IMG/VR virus record: IMGVR_UViG_3300022602_000025
From: a virus
Taxonomy: Duplodnaviria > Caudoviricetes
Reading direction: 5' to 3' (one strand)
DNA: 64,000 bases
Both the position numbers and the translations under genes were made by a program. The notes under the pieces are model-generated. The model was given only the letters and a program-made list of their open reading frames with translations, searched no databases and had not been told where the DNA came from. Positions 38,954-49,231 of the stretch are shown one piece after another; positions within the stretch are counted from its first letter, which is position 1, and every line of letters begins with the position of its first letter.

Positions 38954-39259
38954 ATGAGCAAAGTATTTGGCGCACCAGAGCAAGCAAAAATCAAACAACT
39001 TATTTCTGAAGGCGTTACAGTCTTACAAGAAATTGAAGATTTGAATGAAGGTCTAAGCGACACTATCAAAGCTGTTGCAGAAGAACTAGAAGTAAAACCA
39101 AGCATTATCCGTAAGGCAATTAAAATTGCACAAAAGGGTGATTGGGATCGTGTATTCACAGAGTTTGATGATCTAGAAACTATTGTTGAAGTTAGCGGCC
39201 ACGCTATTCGTCAAAGTGACTATGACGCAGAAAATCCAAATCGTAGCAACAATGATTGA
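38954..39259 (+). CDS. small dsDNA-binding protein, DsbA/GapR (DUF2312)-like
   Basis: EIEDLNEGLSDTIKAVAEELEVKPSIIRKAIK helical pattern; position next to the polymerase. Confidence 0.5.
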   Translation: MSKVFGAPEQAKIKQLISEGVTVLQEIEDLNEGLSDTIKAVAEELEVKPSIIRKAIKIAQKGDWDRVFTEFDDLETIVEVSGHAIRQSDYDAENPNRSNND

Positions 39260-39551
39260 TGCTATATTTGGACCAACCTTAAAATGGATCAAAGATGATT
39301 TTAGAAGTCATCCTTTTCGCTTCTGTATCGAGCTTCTTGCTTGGGCTATTAGTGTTGGCTGTAGTATCACGATGGCCCTTACAGTCCCAAACCCACCTCT
39401 TCTGGTTCTTTACCCTATTTGGATCAGTGGGTGTGCTATGTACGCTTGGGCTAGTTATACTAGGAAATCATTTGGCATGTTGGCTAACTACATCTTGCTA
39501 GTAAGCATAGATTCTGTTGGTCTGATTAGGATGCTAACTAAATATTTGTGA
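39252..39551 (+). CDS. small membrane protein
   Basis: Three hydrophobic segments; ATG at 39252. Confidence 0.6.
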   Translation: MIDAIFGPTLKWIKDDFRSHPFRFCIELLAWAISVGCSITMALTVPNPPLLVLYPIWISGCAMYAWASYTRKSFGMLANYILLVSIDSVGLIRMLTKYL

Positions 39552-39617
39552 GAAAGGTCCAGCGAGCCATAAGTCGCAATATTGGTATTTGTCAGCCGCA
39601 AATGACATGGAGAAGAT

Positions 39618-42287
39618 ATGAGTTATGTAGATGCCATCTGGAACCGCGATGATGACGTGGTTCGTGTTGTAGAACGTGACCCTAAGAAAGGTCGCATATT
39701 CCAAGAATTCCCCGCACGTTATACTTTCTATTACCCAGACCAACGAGGTAAGTACACATCAATTTATGGTGAGCAACTTTCCAAAGTTACCTGCAAGAAT
39801 TGGAAAGAGTTTATCAAAGAACAAAAGATTCATAGCGGTCACAAGTTATATGAGTCGGACATCAATGCTGTTTTCCGTACACTAGAAGAAAACTATCTAA
39901 ACAAAGATGCTCCAAAACTAAACGTAGCCTTTTTCGATATTGAGGTGGACTTTGATCCAGAGCGTGGATATGCAAGTCCAGAAGATGCGTTCATGCCAAT
40001 TACAGCGATCGCTGTAAAACTACAATGGTTAGATACTATGGTATGTTTGGCACTTCCACCAAAGACTTTAACAATGGCACAGGCCACAGAACTTGTTAAA
40101 GATTTTCCTAATACACATTTGTTTGAAACTGAAGCAGAACTGTTAGAAACATTCTTACAGTTGATCGATGACGCAGATGTTATTAGTGGTTGGAACTCAG
40201 AGGGCTTTGATATCCCGTACACCGTTAATCGTGTAACTAAGGTTCTCTCTAAAGAAGATACTAGACGTTTTTGTTTATGGGATCAATTTCCTAAGAAACG
40301 TGAATACGAAAAGTTTGGTAAGAACGCTGTTACTTACGATTTAGTAGGTCGTGTACACTTAGATAGTCTTGAACTGTATCGCAAGTATACCTATGAAGAA
40401 AGACACAGTTATCGTTTGGATGCTATCGCAGAATATGAATTAGGTCAACGCAAGACACAATATGAAGGTACACTAGATCAGTTATACAACAATGACTTTA
40501 AAAAGTTTATTGAATATAACATCAATGACTGTCAACTTCTTGATGATCTAGATAAGAAATTAAAATTTATTGATCTAGCAAACACACTGGCTCATGAATG
40601 TACAGTATTGCTACAAACAACGATGGGTGCTGTTGCGGTAACTGAGCAGGCTATTATTAATGAAGCCCATAGTAAAGGCTTTATTGTTCCAAGTCGTCCA
40701 CGCAGAGATGACACCGCAGATAACCAAGCGGCTGGTGCGTATGTTGCGTCTCCTAAGAAAGGATTACATGACTGGATTGGTTCAATGGATATTAATTCAC
40801 TGTATCCATCAGCGATTCGTGCCCTTAACATGGGTCCAGAAACTATCGTTGGTCAGTTACGTCCAGATTATACCAAAGAAGAAATTGAAGCCAAGATGGC
40901 TAAAGGTGCCAGCTTCGCAGCTGCTTGGGAAGGTAAGTTCGGAACTAATGAATACGAATTTGTGATGAACAAAGACATTAGTCATGACATTATTGTTGAT
41001 TGGGAAGATGGATCAACTGATGTGTTAAGTGGTGCCCAGATCAATGATGTAATATTTGAAAGTAATCAACCTTGGATGTTATCGGCCAACGGTACAATTT
41101 TCACTTATGAAAAAGAAGGTATTATTCCTGGTTTACTAAAACGTTGGTATGCTGAACGTAAAGAAATGCAGGCCAAATTAAAAGAAGCAATTAAAGCGGA
41201 GAATAAAATTGAAGAAGAATATTGGGATAAGCGACAGCTTGTTAAGAAAATTAATCTTAACAGTCTATACGGTGCTATTCTTAACCCTGGTTGTAGGTTC
41301 TTTGATAAGCGTATTGGCCAATCCACAACTCTTACAGGGCGCAGAATTGCTCGCCATATGGCCGCAAAAGTAAATGAGTATGTAGCAGGTGAATACGACT
41401 ATATTGGTAAGAGCATTATCTATGGTGACACTGACTCTGTATATTTCAGTGCGTGGCCTGTACTAAAGAATGATATCCAAAAAGGACTCATTCCTTGGAA
41501 TAAAGATACTGTTATCCAACTGTATGATCAAATTAGCGATGAAGTAAATGCTACATTCCCTCAGTTCATGTTAGATAGTTTCCACTGTCCAAAGACACGT
41601 GGCGAAGTTATCAAAGCAGGTCGTGAGATTGTTGCTATCAAAGGCTTGTTCATTACTAAGAAACGTTATGCTGTTCTTTATTACGATAAAGAAGGCAAGC
41701 GCCAGGACGTAGAAGGTAAGCCAGGTAAGATCAAAGCTATGGGCTTAGATTTGAAACGTTCAGATACTCCAGAATTTATGCAGAACTTTTTAAGTGAAAT
41801 CTTAGAAAAGGTTTTGAACGGTAGCCAAGAAGAAGAAATTCTAGATCGTATTAGTGAGTTCCGCACTGAATTTAAATCTCGACCAGGTTGGGAAAAAGGT
41901 TCACCAAAACGTGCTAACAACATCACTGACTACGAAGCCAAAGAAAAGAAATTTGGCAAAGCTAACATGCCTGGACATGTTCGTGCAAGTATCAATTGGA
42001 ATACCTTGAAACGTATGCACGGCGACAAATACAGCCAACAGATTGTTGACGGTATGAAAGTTATCGTATGTAAGGTAAAAGACAATCCTTTAGGTTATAC
42101 CAGCGTTGCGTATCCAGTAGACGAAATGCGTTTACCTAAATGGTTCCAGGAATTACCATTTGATCATTCTGAAATGGAAACAACTATTATTAACAATAAG
42201 TTGGAAAACCTAATCGGAGTGCTTGAGTGGGATTTGGAATCAACTACACAAGAAAATACTTTTGGTAGTTTATTCAGTTTCGAGTAA
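39618..42287 (+). CDS. family B DNA polymerase (gp43-like)
   Basis: Exo DIEVD, DINSLYPS, KINLNSLYG, YGDTDS and KKRY motifs. Confidence 0.97.
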   Translation: MSYVDAIWNRDDDVVRVVERDPKKGRIFQEFPARYTFYYPDQRGKYTSIYGEQLSKVTCKNWKEFIKEQKIHSGHKLYESDINAVFRTLEENYLNKDAPKLNVAFFDIEVDFDPERGYASPEDAFMPITAIAVKLQWLDTMVCLALPPKTLTMAQATELVKDFPNTHLFETEAELLETFLQLIDDADVISGWNSEGFDIPYTVNRVTKVLSKEDTRRFCLWDQFPKKREYEKFGKNAVTYDLVGRVHLDSLELYRKYTYEERHSYRLDAIAEYELGQRKTQYEGTLDQLYNNDFKKFIEYNINDCQLLDDLDKKLKFIDLANTLAHECTVLLQTTMGAVAVTEQAIINEAHSKGFIVPSRPRRDDTADNQAAGAYVASPKKGLHDWIGSMDINSLYPSAIRALNMGPETIVGQLRPDYTKEEIEAKMAKGASFAAAWEGKFGTNEYEFVMNKDISHDIIVDWEDGSTDVLSGAQINDVIFESNQPWMLSANGTIFTYEKEGIIPGLLKRWYAERKEMQAKLKEAIKAENKIEEEYWDKRQLVKKINLNSLYGAILNPGCRFFDKRIGQSTTLTGRRIARHMAAKVNEYVAGEYDYIGKSIIYGDTDSVYFSAWPVLKNDIQKGLIPWNKDTVIQLYDQISDEVNATFPQFMLDSFHCPKTRGEVIKAGREIVAIKGLFITKKRYAVLYYDKEGKRQDVEGKPGKIKAMGLDLKRSDTPEFMQNFLSEILEKVLNGSQEEEILDRISEFRTEFKSRPGWEKGSPKRANNITDYEAKEKKFGKANMPGHVRASINWNTLKRMHGDKYSQQIVDGMKVIVCKVKDNPLGYTSVAYPVDEMRLPKWFQELPFDHSEMETTIINNKLENLIGVLEWDLESTTQENTFGSLFSFE

Positions 42288-42297
42288 AGAAATTTCA

Positions 42298-42326
42298 TTG
42301 ACTTTCTTTCATTTTCTAAATATAAT
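42298..42326 (+). promoter_or_regulatory. overlapping early and late promoter of the clamp gene
   Basis: TTGACT-17nt-TATAAT with TAAATA at 42317-42322. Confidence 0.7.
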
Positions 42327-42344
42327 AATACAAAGGAGATCTAA

Positions 42345-43079
42345 ATGCTAGACCTATTAAAAGACGTAGTAACACATACCCATAACTTGGGTTTCTTAAA
42401 CATTGTAAAAGTCACAGGCGACGAAACATCAACTAAACTTGACTCAATGGCTGATGACCGTTCAGTGATCCTATACGGTGAAGTAAGCGGACCAGTTCCA
42501 GAAATGATTGGTGTATTTGGTATGCCACAACTTAACAAGTTGAAAATTCATTTAGACTGTCCAGAGTATAAAGAGAATGCTTCAATTGATGTTGTTACAG
42601 CACAGCGTAACGGCGATACAATTCCAGTAGGCTTACACTTTGAGAATGCCGCAGGTGACTTCAAGAACGACTATCGTTTCATGAACACAGAAATCATCAA
42701 CGAAAAGTTAAAGACTGTTAAGTTCCGTGGAGTTAATTGGCAGGTTGAGGTTGATCCAACTGTTGCCGCAATCCAACGTTTTAACTATCAAGCACAAGCA
42801 AACGCAGAACACACAACATTTTTAACTAAAACTGAAAATGGTAATCTAAAGTTTGTATTTGGTGATCAAAGCACACACGGCGGCGAGTTCGTATTTGCTA
42901 CAGGTGTTGCTGGTACATTGAACAAAGCGTGGACATGGCCAGTTCAGCAAGTGTTGAGCATCTTGAAAATCGCAGATGCTAATAATTGCAAATTAAGTAT
43001 CAGTAATGACGGTGCCATGCAGATCGCTTTAGACAGCGGCTTGGCAACTTACAAATATATCATTCCAGCTCAGGCTTAA
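42345..43079 (+). CDS. sliding clamp (gp45-like)
   Basis: 244 aa, beta/alpha clamp pattern ending ISNDGAMQI...YKYIIPA, directly after the polymerase. Confidence 0.75.
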   Translation: MLDLLKDVVTHTHNLGFLNIVKVTGDETSTKLDSMADDRSVILYGEVSGPVPEMIGVFGMPQLNKLKIHLDCPEYKENASIDVVTAQRNGDTIPVGLHFENAAGDFKNDYRFMNTEIINEKLKTVKFRGVNWQVEVDPTVAAIQRFNYQAQANAEHTTFLTKTENGNLKFVFGDQSTHGGEFVFATGVAGTLNKAWTWPVQQVLSILKIADANNCKLSISNDGAMQIALDSGLATYKYIIPAQA

Positions 43080-43081
43080 TA

Positions 43082-43471
43082 ATGATTAAAGGTATTAACG
43101 CTCAAGGTAGTTTTATAACAGTATCAGGCGGAACAGTAAGTAGTACTTACATATCCCCTGGTTCTGCAGGTGCCGGCATGTTGAGATGGAATCCTAATAT
43201 GAACTGTATGGAAGTTAATGACGGTTCTGTTTGGAAAACCCTAGAATCAAGTTATGCAAGCGTTAGTTTGACTCCAGAAGCTGAATCTATTTTACTGTGG
43301 GCTAGACGTAAAATGGAAGAAGATAGGATGATCGAATCTTTACAAGACGACCATCCTGCTGTTAAAATAGCTAAAGAAAACCTAAATAAAGCCAAAGAAG
43401 CCGCATTACGAGCAGAACAACAACTAAAAGCTACAGTAACACTGAGCAAGGAACATGAACAACAAAATTAA
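43082..43471 (+). CDS. hypothetical protein
   Basis: Clean ORF. Confidence 0.6.
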   Translation: MIKGINAQGSFITVSGGTVSSTYISPGSAGAGMLRWNPNMNCMEVNDGSVWKTLESSYASVSLTPEAESILLWARRKMEEDRMIESLQDDHPAVKIAKENLNKAKEAALRAEQQLKATVTLSKEHEQQN

Positions 43472-43706
43472 AGAACTTGCTAAACAGGCCACAATCAGAA
43501 AATTTGACGGAACTGGAACCGATATAGGAAAACTAGTTCTTGATGAACAAAAGTTCGCCGAGTTGATTGTTCGGGAATGTATTGATACTGCCTTTCATAG
43601 AGGACATCCTGATTTAGAATTTTTGTTGAAACATTTCGGAGTTGAAGAATCCGGTATTAATCAACAACTGAGAAACCGTAGCACTTATTTTGGGAATAAT
43701 CCATGA
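43455..43706 (+). CDS. hypothetical protein
   Basis: FAELIVRECI motif, common in small phage ORFs. Confidence 0.6.
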   Translation: MNNKIKELAKQATIRKFDGTGTDIGKLVLDEQKFAELIVRECIDTAFHRGHPDLEFLLKHFGVEESGINQQLRNRSTYFGNNP

Positions 43707-43855
43707 ACGAACGAGATATGCCTTGGTGGATGGTCGTTATTGGTTTATTAGTTTTGCCAATTATTTTTGTATTTGTTGGCATTAGTAATATACTTAAAAG
43801 AAAAATGTCAGAGGCAAGAAAAAAATTATGGGAACAAAAACGAAATGAAAAGTAG
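43703..43855 (+). CDS. 50-aa single-TM protein (absent from ORF track)
   Basis: MNERDMPWWMVVIGLLVLPIIFVFVGISNILKRK...; fills the gap and overlaps both neighbours. Confidence 0.55.
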   Translation: MNERDMPWWMVVIGLLVLPIIFVFVGISNILKRKMSEARKKLWEQKRNEK

Positions 43856-45473
43856 ACCACCAGTAGATTTAAGTGTATTGAATAAGGATTATGCCTGCTA
43901 TTTGCCAGCTATCAGTAGTTTTTATAGCACATATATAGCAAAACAAAGATTAGAAGAGTTTGTGCCTAAGGATCGTATTCCAGCAGGATTTGATCGCGGT
44001 ATTGAAGGTATGAACTTTTTAAATCCAGAAGAAGGCTATTTTACCTACAAGTATGGTTTGTATTCAGCAGGTCACGCACAGTTAGATCTTAATAAGAGTC
44101 TAACACAAGAGTCTATGATCCAACAACGTGATCGTGCTAACACAATGATCTTAGGTGACTCAGGTGGTTATCAGATTGGTAAGGGTGTTCTAAAATTTGA
44201 TTGGTTAGACTTTGAAGGTAAGAGTGCTAACAAGACTCGTCAAAGCATCTTAGAGTGGCTTGAACTTACAGCAGATTGGTCAATGATGCTGGACGTTCCA
44301 ACATGGGCATGTGACCATGTACACTCTCCAAAGACTGGTTTAAAATCATTTGATGATTGTTTAGAAAAGACAGCATTCAATAACAAATACTTCTTAGAAA
44401 ATCGTTTAGGACAAACTAAGTTCTTAAATGTTCTGCAAGGTAGTGATTGGGATACCGCTGAGAAATGGTACGATAGAGTTAAAGAATTTAGCGACCCTGC
44501 TGTTTGGGGTGATAAAGCTGCAGAAGGTTGGGCATTTGGTGGCGCCAACATGTGTAAAATGGACATTACTCTTAAACGTCTAATGACTATGAGAGAAGAT
44601 GGAATGTTAGTAGGCAAGAATTGGATTCACTTCTTGGGTACAGCACAATTAGATTGGTCATGCTACTTAACACAAATTCAACGTCAGATAAGGAAACACA
44701 TCAATGAAGAAATTACCATCTCTTTTGACTGCGCCTCACCGTTCATCGCAACAGCACACGGCCTCGTCTACACCAACGCAGTCCACACGCCAAAACGGTG
44801 GAGTGTTATTATGGACAAAGCACCAGATAACAAAGCACTTTCAGGATCAGACATCCCGTTCCCCTTTGAATCAACAATCGGCCGCAGATTAACAATGGCA
44901 GATATTGCCTATTACAACTTAGGCAAACGCAAGACAGATGCTGAATTAAATGGTGAAAAATTTGATCACTTAAACCCAGATCACTATCACGAAGTACCAA
45001 GACTTAACAAGTTAGGTAAGATTCCTAACAAAACAAGTTGGGATAGTTTTGCTTATGCACTAATGATGGGTCATAACGTAGAATGTCATATTGTTGCTGT
45101 ACAACGTGCTCAACAATTAATGGATATTGAAATCGCTAAGACTAAAGATAAACTTCATTGGAGTCATTGGAAGAAAGTAAAATCTAACGACATGAGTGAT
45201 GAATATTCAGATTGGGTTCCACGTAATATTCTTTATTTTAATAGTTTTGTTGAAGATTTGTTTAATACAAAGACAAAAGCAGAAGCATTTGAAATGATTG
45301 AACAAGCTACTCCATTCTTGAAAACATTGGAAGGTGCTCGTTTACAAGGCGGACCTGCTGCAAATACATTTGGTTCATTGTTTACAATTGAAACTGTAAC
45401 TAGCCCAGATGAAATTGATCTAGCAAATCCAGACGATGATGAATTGCGAGCATTAGAGGAAAGCGTAGCATGA
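43845..45473 (+). CDS. dpdA: TGT-fold guanine transglycosylase (DpdA-like)
   Basis: GDSGGYQ, MLDVP, VLQG, WAFGG, HFLG and SFDCASP TGT motifs with both catalytic Asp; start at 43845. Confidence 0.8.
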   Translation: MKSRPPVDLSVLNKDYACYLPAISSFYSTYIAKQRLEEFVPKDRIPAGFDRGIEGMNFLNPEEGYFTYKYGLYSAGHAQLDLNKSLTQESMIQQRDRANTMILGDSGGYQIGKGVLKFDWLDFEGKSANKTRQSILEWLELTADWSMMLDVPTWACDHVHSPKTGLKSFDDCLEKTAFNNKYFLENRLGQTKFLNVLQGSDWDTAEKWYDRVKEFSDPAVWGDKAAEGWAFGGANMCKMDITLKRLMTMREDGMLVGKNWIHFLGTAQLDWSCYLTQIQRQIRKHINEEITISFDCASPFIATAHGLVYTNAVHTPKRWSVIMDKAPDNKALSGSDIPFPFESTIGRRLTMADIAYYNLGKRKTDAELNGEKFDHLNPDHYHEVPRLNKLGKIPNKTSWDSFAYALMMGHNVECHIVAVQRAQQLMDIEIAKTKDKLHWSHWKKVKSNDMSDEYSDWVPRNILYFNSFVEDLFNTKTKAEAFEMIEQATPFLKTLEGARLQGGPAANTFGSLFTIETVTSPDEIDLANPDDDELRALEESVA

Positions 45474-45997
45474 AGCGAGAATACGAAACAGGTACGGCAA
45501 GTGATGTAACGTTCTTTATTGGAACTGAGATCGAACGTACTCCTGCATTTGGTATGCGTACTCTTTTTGTAGTAGGTACTCATGACGAACAGGTTATTAC
45601 TAGTCTTGCTAAAAATAATGATTGCACACATATCTATTTTGGTGCTAATCAGAGTTTTCCAAGCCTTAGTGTAAACGATGCAGAAGGATGGCGTCCTTGG
45701 GAAGATATGATTGAAGGTTGTTTGAAGGAAGGCTTTTGGTGTACTTTAGATTTTGACGTAGCACAAGCTGAAGGCCTTTTGGAAAGTGCATTAGTTGAGC
45801 ATCGTAGATTTATTCCGCAGATCAGTGTAAAATTACCTTATCTGCAACAGCTAGGATATAATGCTACGATTAAAATTGACGACAAAGGTTTTGAAGCGTC
45901 TAATCCAGGTGTATGGTGTGTACCGATTGGGGCCATTACACAGCGTAAGTATTTCACCAATTGGGATGAGTATGGTAAAGATGAAATCATATCATGA
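45470..45997 (+). CDS. hypothetical protein coupled to dpdA
   Basis: ATGA overlap; HIYFGAN motif. Confidence 0.65.
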   Translation: MKREYETGTASDVTFFIGTEIERTPAFGMRTLFVVGTHDEQVITSLAKNNDCTHIYFGANQSFPSLSVNDAEGWRPWEDMIEGCLKEGFWCTLDFDVAQAEGLLESALVEHRRFIPQISVKLPYLQQLGYNATIKIDDKGFEASNPGVWCVPIGAITQRKYFTNWDEYGKDEIIS

Positions 45998-46644
45998 ATA
46001 CAGTAATAGCCAAGCCGATAAAATTTCCTAATCACGGAGTTTTAACAGCACAAATCCCAGACAATATTTTGTTAGAGATAAAAAAAGAAATTGATATTAT
46101 CTCAAAAAATCGTGCCGGGTCTAAACCATTCAATGACGAATTAGTAGGACAGATTGCAGACGAGTACGATCTATCTAACTGTAAGCAATTACTAAAAGAT
46201 TATGTAAATGAATTAGCAGCGGCATATAGCGAACAGTTTACACCACTGTATCTTAAAAGTAGAGCCAATGTTGTGCAAGGGTCTTATATACTTGAACTAG
46301 ATAAACTATGGGTCAACTTTCAAAAGAAACACGAATTTAATCCTCCCCATAATCATTCTGGAGCATTTAGTTTTGTAATATGGATCAAGATCCCGTATAA
46401 TTTAGCTAATGAGTTTAAATTAGCTAATTCTAAAAATTCCAATCAACCTTTGAATAGTGTATTCTTTATGCAGTATTCAGATGTGTTAGGAAAGATACAT
46501 AGCTTTCCATTGCCCATAGATAGTGAATACGAAGGTACAATATTATTTTTTCCATCCGAATTGCTTCACGGTGTAAATCCGTTTTATACTAGTGACGAAG
46601 AGAGGATTTCAGTAAGTGGTAATTTATTTGTGAGACAAATATGA
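45994..46644 (+). CDS. 2OG-Fe(II) oxygenase-like protein
   Basis: WVNFQ...FNPPHNHSG..SFVIW, FPSELLHGV and RISVSGN. Confidence 0.75.
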   Translation: MNTVIAKPIKFPNHGVLTAQIPDNILLEIKKEIDIISKNRAGSKPFNDELVGQIADEYDLSNCKQLLKDYVNELAAAYSEQFTPLYLKSRANVVQGSYILELDKLWVNFQKKHEFNPPHNHSGAFSFVIWIKIPYNLANEFKLANSKNSNQPLNSVFFMQYSDVLGKIHSFPLPIDSEYEGTILFFPSELLHGVNPFYTSDEERISVSGNLFVRQI

Positions 46645-47045
46645 CAGGTTCAACATTAAGACAAGATTTTCGCCCAAACAAAATGATCTGGGTCACGTTC
46701 CAGAAGGAAGGCATCCATTGCTATCCTGCGGCGGCTACAGATCCAGCACTAGCTACAGGAGATGAGTATGACGTATCGTTTTTGGCTAGTCCTCATCGCC
46801 ACATCTTTCATTTCAGGGTGTGGATCAATGTGCAACATAATGACAGGGACATCGAGTTCATCCAATTCAAACGATGGCTCGAGTCGCTGTATAATGGTCA
46901 AGGTTCCATTTTGAAACTTGACTATAAAAGTTGTGAAATGATGTCAGACGATTTGTTTGAAGTCATTAGCAAGAAGTATCCAGGCCGCGAGGTTTGGATT
47001 GAGGTCTCCGAAGATGGAGAAAACGGTTCATTTATCAAGTACTAA
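46641..47045 (+). CDS. QueD-like T-fold protein (DpdL-type motif)
   Basis: LASPHRHIF matches LxxxHRHxF; RDIEFIQFK; SCEM; VSEDGENG. Confidence 0.7.
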   Translation: MTGSTLRQDFRPNKMIWVTFQKEGIHCYPAAATDPALATGDEYDVSFLASPHRHIFHFRVWINVQHNDRDIEFIQFKRWLESLYNGQGSILKLDYKSCEMMSDDLFEVISKKYPGREVWIEVSEDGENGSFIKY

Positions 47046-47065
47046 CTAGAAATAAGGAAATAGAA

Positions 47066-47296
47066 ATGGCACAGCCAAAGTGGTTGAATAAGTATCTTAC
47101 TATGAAACCAGAAGTTACTAAGATCTTCAACGATCTTGACACATGGCACGATCACTGTCGTATTGAGTTGATCGATTTTAATCCAGCTGATTTATATAAG
47201 TCAAAATCTTATAAAGATTGGCAACGTACTCAAGAGTACTTACAACGTAAGGCTCGAAGAGAAGCTAAGGCTAAACATGACCGTTTTTCTAATTGA
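47066..47296 (+). CDS. hypothetical protein
   Basis: AGGA RBS, clean ORF. Confidence 0.6.
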   Translation: MAQPKWLNKYLTMKPEVTKIFNDLDTWHDHCRIELIDFNPADLYKSKSYKDWQRTQEYLQRKARREAKAKHDRFSN

Positions 47297-48377
47297 TTTA
47301 GAAGCAGTCGAAACCAGGTACACGGGTCAATGGAAGACTCATGTACCTGCGTTACTTAAAAAGGCAGGACACGATGTTCAAGTTATATCTGGGCCTACGG
47401 ATATTCCTACAGCCACTACTCCTGGTGCTTTTCTTAATTTTGGTGGTACCAATATATACAAGTCTAGTCAAGTTGAACAAATGGGCAGGCTATTTTGCTC
47501 CGGATCAGTTCAGCCTGGCGATCATTTCCTGTTTACCGATGCTTGGCATCCTGGCATCATAAACCTTAAATATATGAGTGAGCTGTTACAGATTCCTGTA
47601 ACAACACATGGCTTATGGCATGCTGGTAGTTATGATCCTCAAGACTTCTTAGGACGTCTTGTAGGTAAAAAGCCCTGGGTTAGAAATGCTGAGTTAAGTT
47701 TTTATAATGCGTTTGATCATAATTACTTTGCTACAGAATTTCATATCAAGCTATTTTTTGACGAGTTACTAATGGGCGGTTTGAAATCTGAAAACCCATG
47801 GTACGAAGATGATATAGCAGAAGTACTAGGCGGAGCAAATCCTAAAATTGTCCGCACTGGTTGGCCAATGGAGTATATGGATGGTACATTGACTATGTAT
47901 AAGAACATGGATAAACGTGATCTTATACTGTTCCCTCATCGCATAGCGCCAGAGAAACAAGTCGAAATCTTTAGAGATCTAAAAGAACACTTACCACAAT
48001 ATGAATTTATTGTGTGTCAGGATCAACAATTAACTAAGAATGAATATCATAACTTGTTAGGTGAGGCTAAACTTGTGTTTAGTGCTAACTTACAAGAAAC
48101 ACTAGGCATCAGTTGTTATGAAGGTGCTATTGTAGATGCTATTCCAATGGTTCCAGATAGACTAAGTTATACAGAAATGTATTACGACACATTTAAGTAT
48201 CCTAGTGAATGGACAGAATCATTTGAAGCATACACCGTCCATCGCCCAGAACTGTGTGGAAAGATAATCCAGTACATGGATAATTATGAAAAGTTCTTAC
48301 CCCAACTTAGAAAACAAACATTAGACCTAACTAATCAATTCTTCAGTGCTGATGTTTTACTAGATAGGATCAAGTAA
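47277..48377 (+). CDS. GT-B glycosyltransferase
   Basis: FPHRIAPEKQ and ANLQETLGISCYEG (E-x7-E). Confidence 0.8.
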   Translation: MTVFLIDLEAVETRYTGQWKTHVPALLKKAGHDVQVISGPTDIPTATTPGAFLNFGGTNIYKSSQVEQMGRLFCSGSVQPGDHFLFTDAWHPGIINLKYMSELLQIPVTTHGLWHAGSYDPQDFLGRLVGKKPWVRNAELSFYNAFDHNYFATEFHIKLFFDELLMGGLKSENPWYEDDIAEVLGGANPKIVRTGWPMEYMDGTLTMYKNMDKRDLILFPHRIAPEKQVEIFRDLKEHLPQYEFIVCQDQQLTKNEYHNLLGEAKLVFSANLQETLGISCYEGAIVDAIPMVPDRLSYTEMYYDTFKYPSEWTESFEAYTVHRPELCGKIIQYMDNYEKFLPQLRKQTLDLTNQFFSADVLLDRIK

Positions 48378-49180
48378 TGTATTTTAGCAGTATAGGTATC
48401 ATAGGAGTAGGTTTTGTAGGTAATGCAATTAGAGATTCTTTTTCAGGAAGTGGTGTAACACGCCTAGTATTGATAGATCAAGATCCTAATAAAACTACAG
48501 GAACTTATGACGACATTATGAACTGCGAGGGCGTATTTGTGTGCGTCCCCAGTCCTATGTCAGATGACGGAAGTTGCGATACTAGCATCTTAGAAAGCGT
48601 TTTAGAACGTTTAAAAGATTACGATGGTGTAATTATCAGTAAATGTACAGCACCACCAGATGTATATGAAAGATTGAACAAGCAGTATAAAAATCTTGTG
48701 CATGTTCCAGAGTTTTTAACAGCGGCCAATGCTGTACAAGATTATGCTAGACAACAATTCTCTATTATTGGCGGAAGTGTACAAGCATACAGATACGAAG
48801 CAGAACGTATTATTAAATCATCATTACCAGATTTACAAGGCGTACAACATTGTTCAATTGGTGAAGCCGCGATGGCCAAATATCTAATCAATACATTTTT
48901 GGCTACCAAGGTGATTTACATGAACGAATTTAAACAACTAGCAGATGCCGCAGGGTTGGACTATGATCGCATTGTTAGGATGACGTCATTTGATGAGCGA
49001 ATTGGACGTAGCCATATGAAAGTTCCAGGCCCAGATGGTGCATACGGATTTGGCGGTGCGTGTTTTCCAAAAGACACTGCGGCATTATTAAAATATGCAG
49101 AAAAACTTAGTGTACCAATGAATGTTTTGGACACAGCCGTCAAGAAAAATACTCTGTTAAGATTGACAGAGCCTAAATAA
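48377..49180 (+). CDS. UDP-glucose/GDP-mannose dehydrogenase family protein lacking the C-terminal domain
   Basis: GVGFVG, VCVPSP, PEFL and GFGGACFPKD. Confidence 0.85.
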   Translation: MYFSSIGIIGVGFVGNAIRDSFSGSGVTRLVLIDQDPNKTTGTYDDIMNCEGVFVCVPSPMSDDGSCDTSILESVLERLKDYDGVIISKCTAPPDVYERLNKQYKNLVHVPEFLTAANAVQDYARQQFSIIGGSVQAYRYEAERIIKSSLPDLQGVQHCSIGEAAMAKYLINTFLATKVIYMNEFKQLADAAGLDYDRIVRMTSFDERIGRSHMKVPGPDGAYGFGGACFPKDTAALLKYAEKLSVPMNVLDTAVKKNTLLRLTEPK

Positions 49181-49191
49181 TCAAGTAAAAT
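49163..49191 (+). promoter_or_regulatory. overlapping early and late promoter of folE
   Basis: TTGACA-17nt-TAAAAT with TAAATA at 49174-49179. Confidence 0.6.
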
Positions 49192-49231
49192 AACTTAAAG
49201 ACATCCACGTCATTAACTCGGAGAATAATAA

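Noticed and set aside
39618-42287. Intein or intron in the DNA polymerase
   Set aside because: The length is normal, the motifs are contiguous, and there are no Hint or LAGLIDADG motifs.
48377-49180. UDP-glucose dehydrogenase as a pseudogene because it is short
   Set aside because: The NAD-binding and catalytic GGACFPKD motifs are intact, the stop is clean, and no remnant of the C-terminal domain follows.
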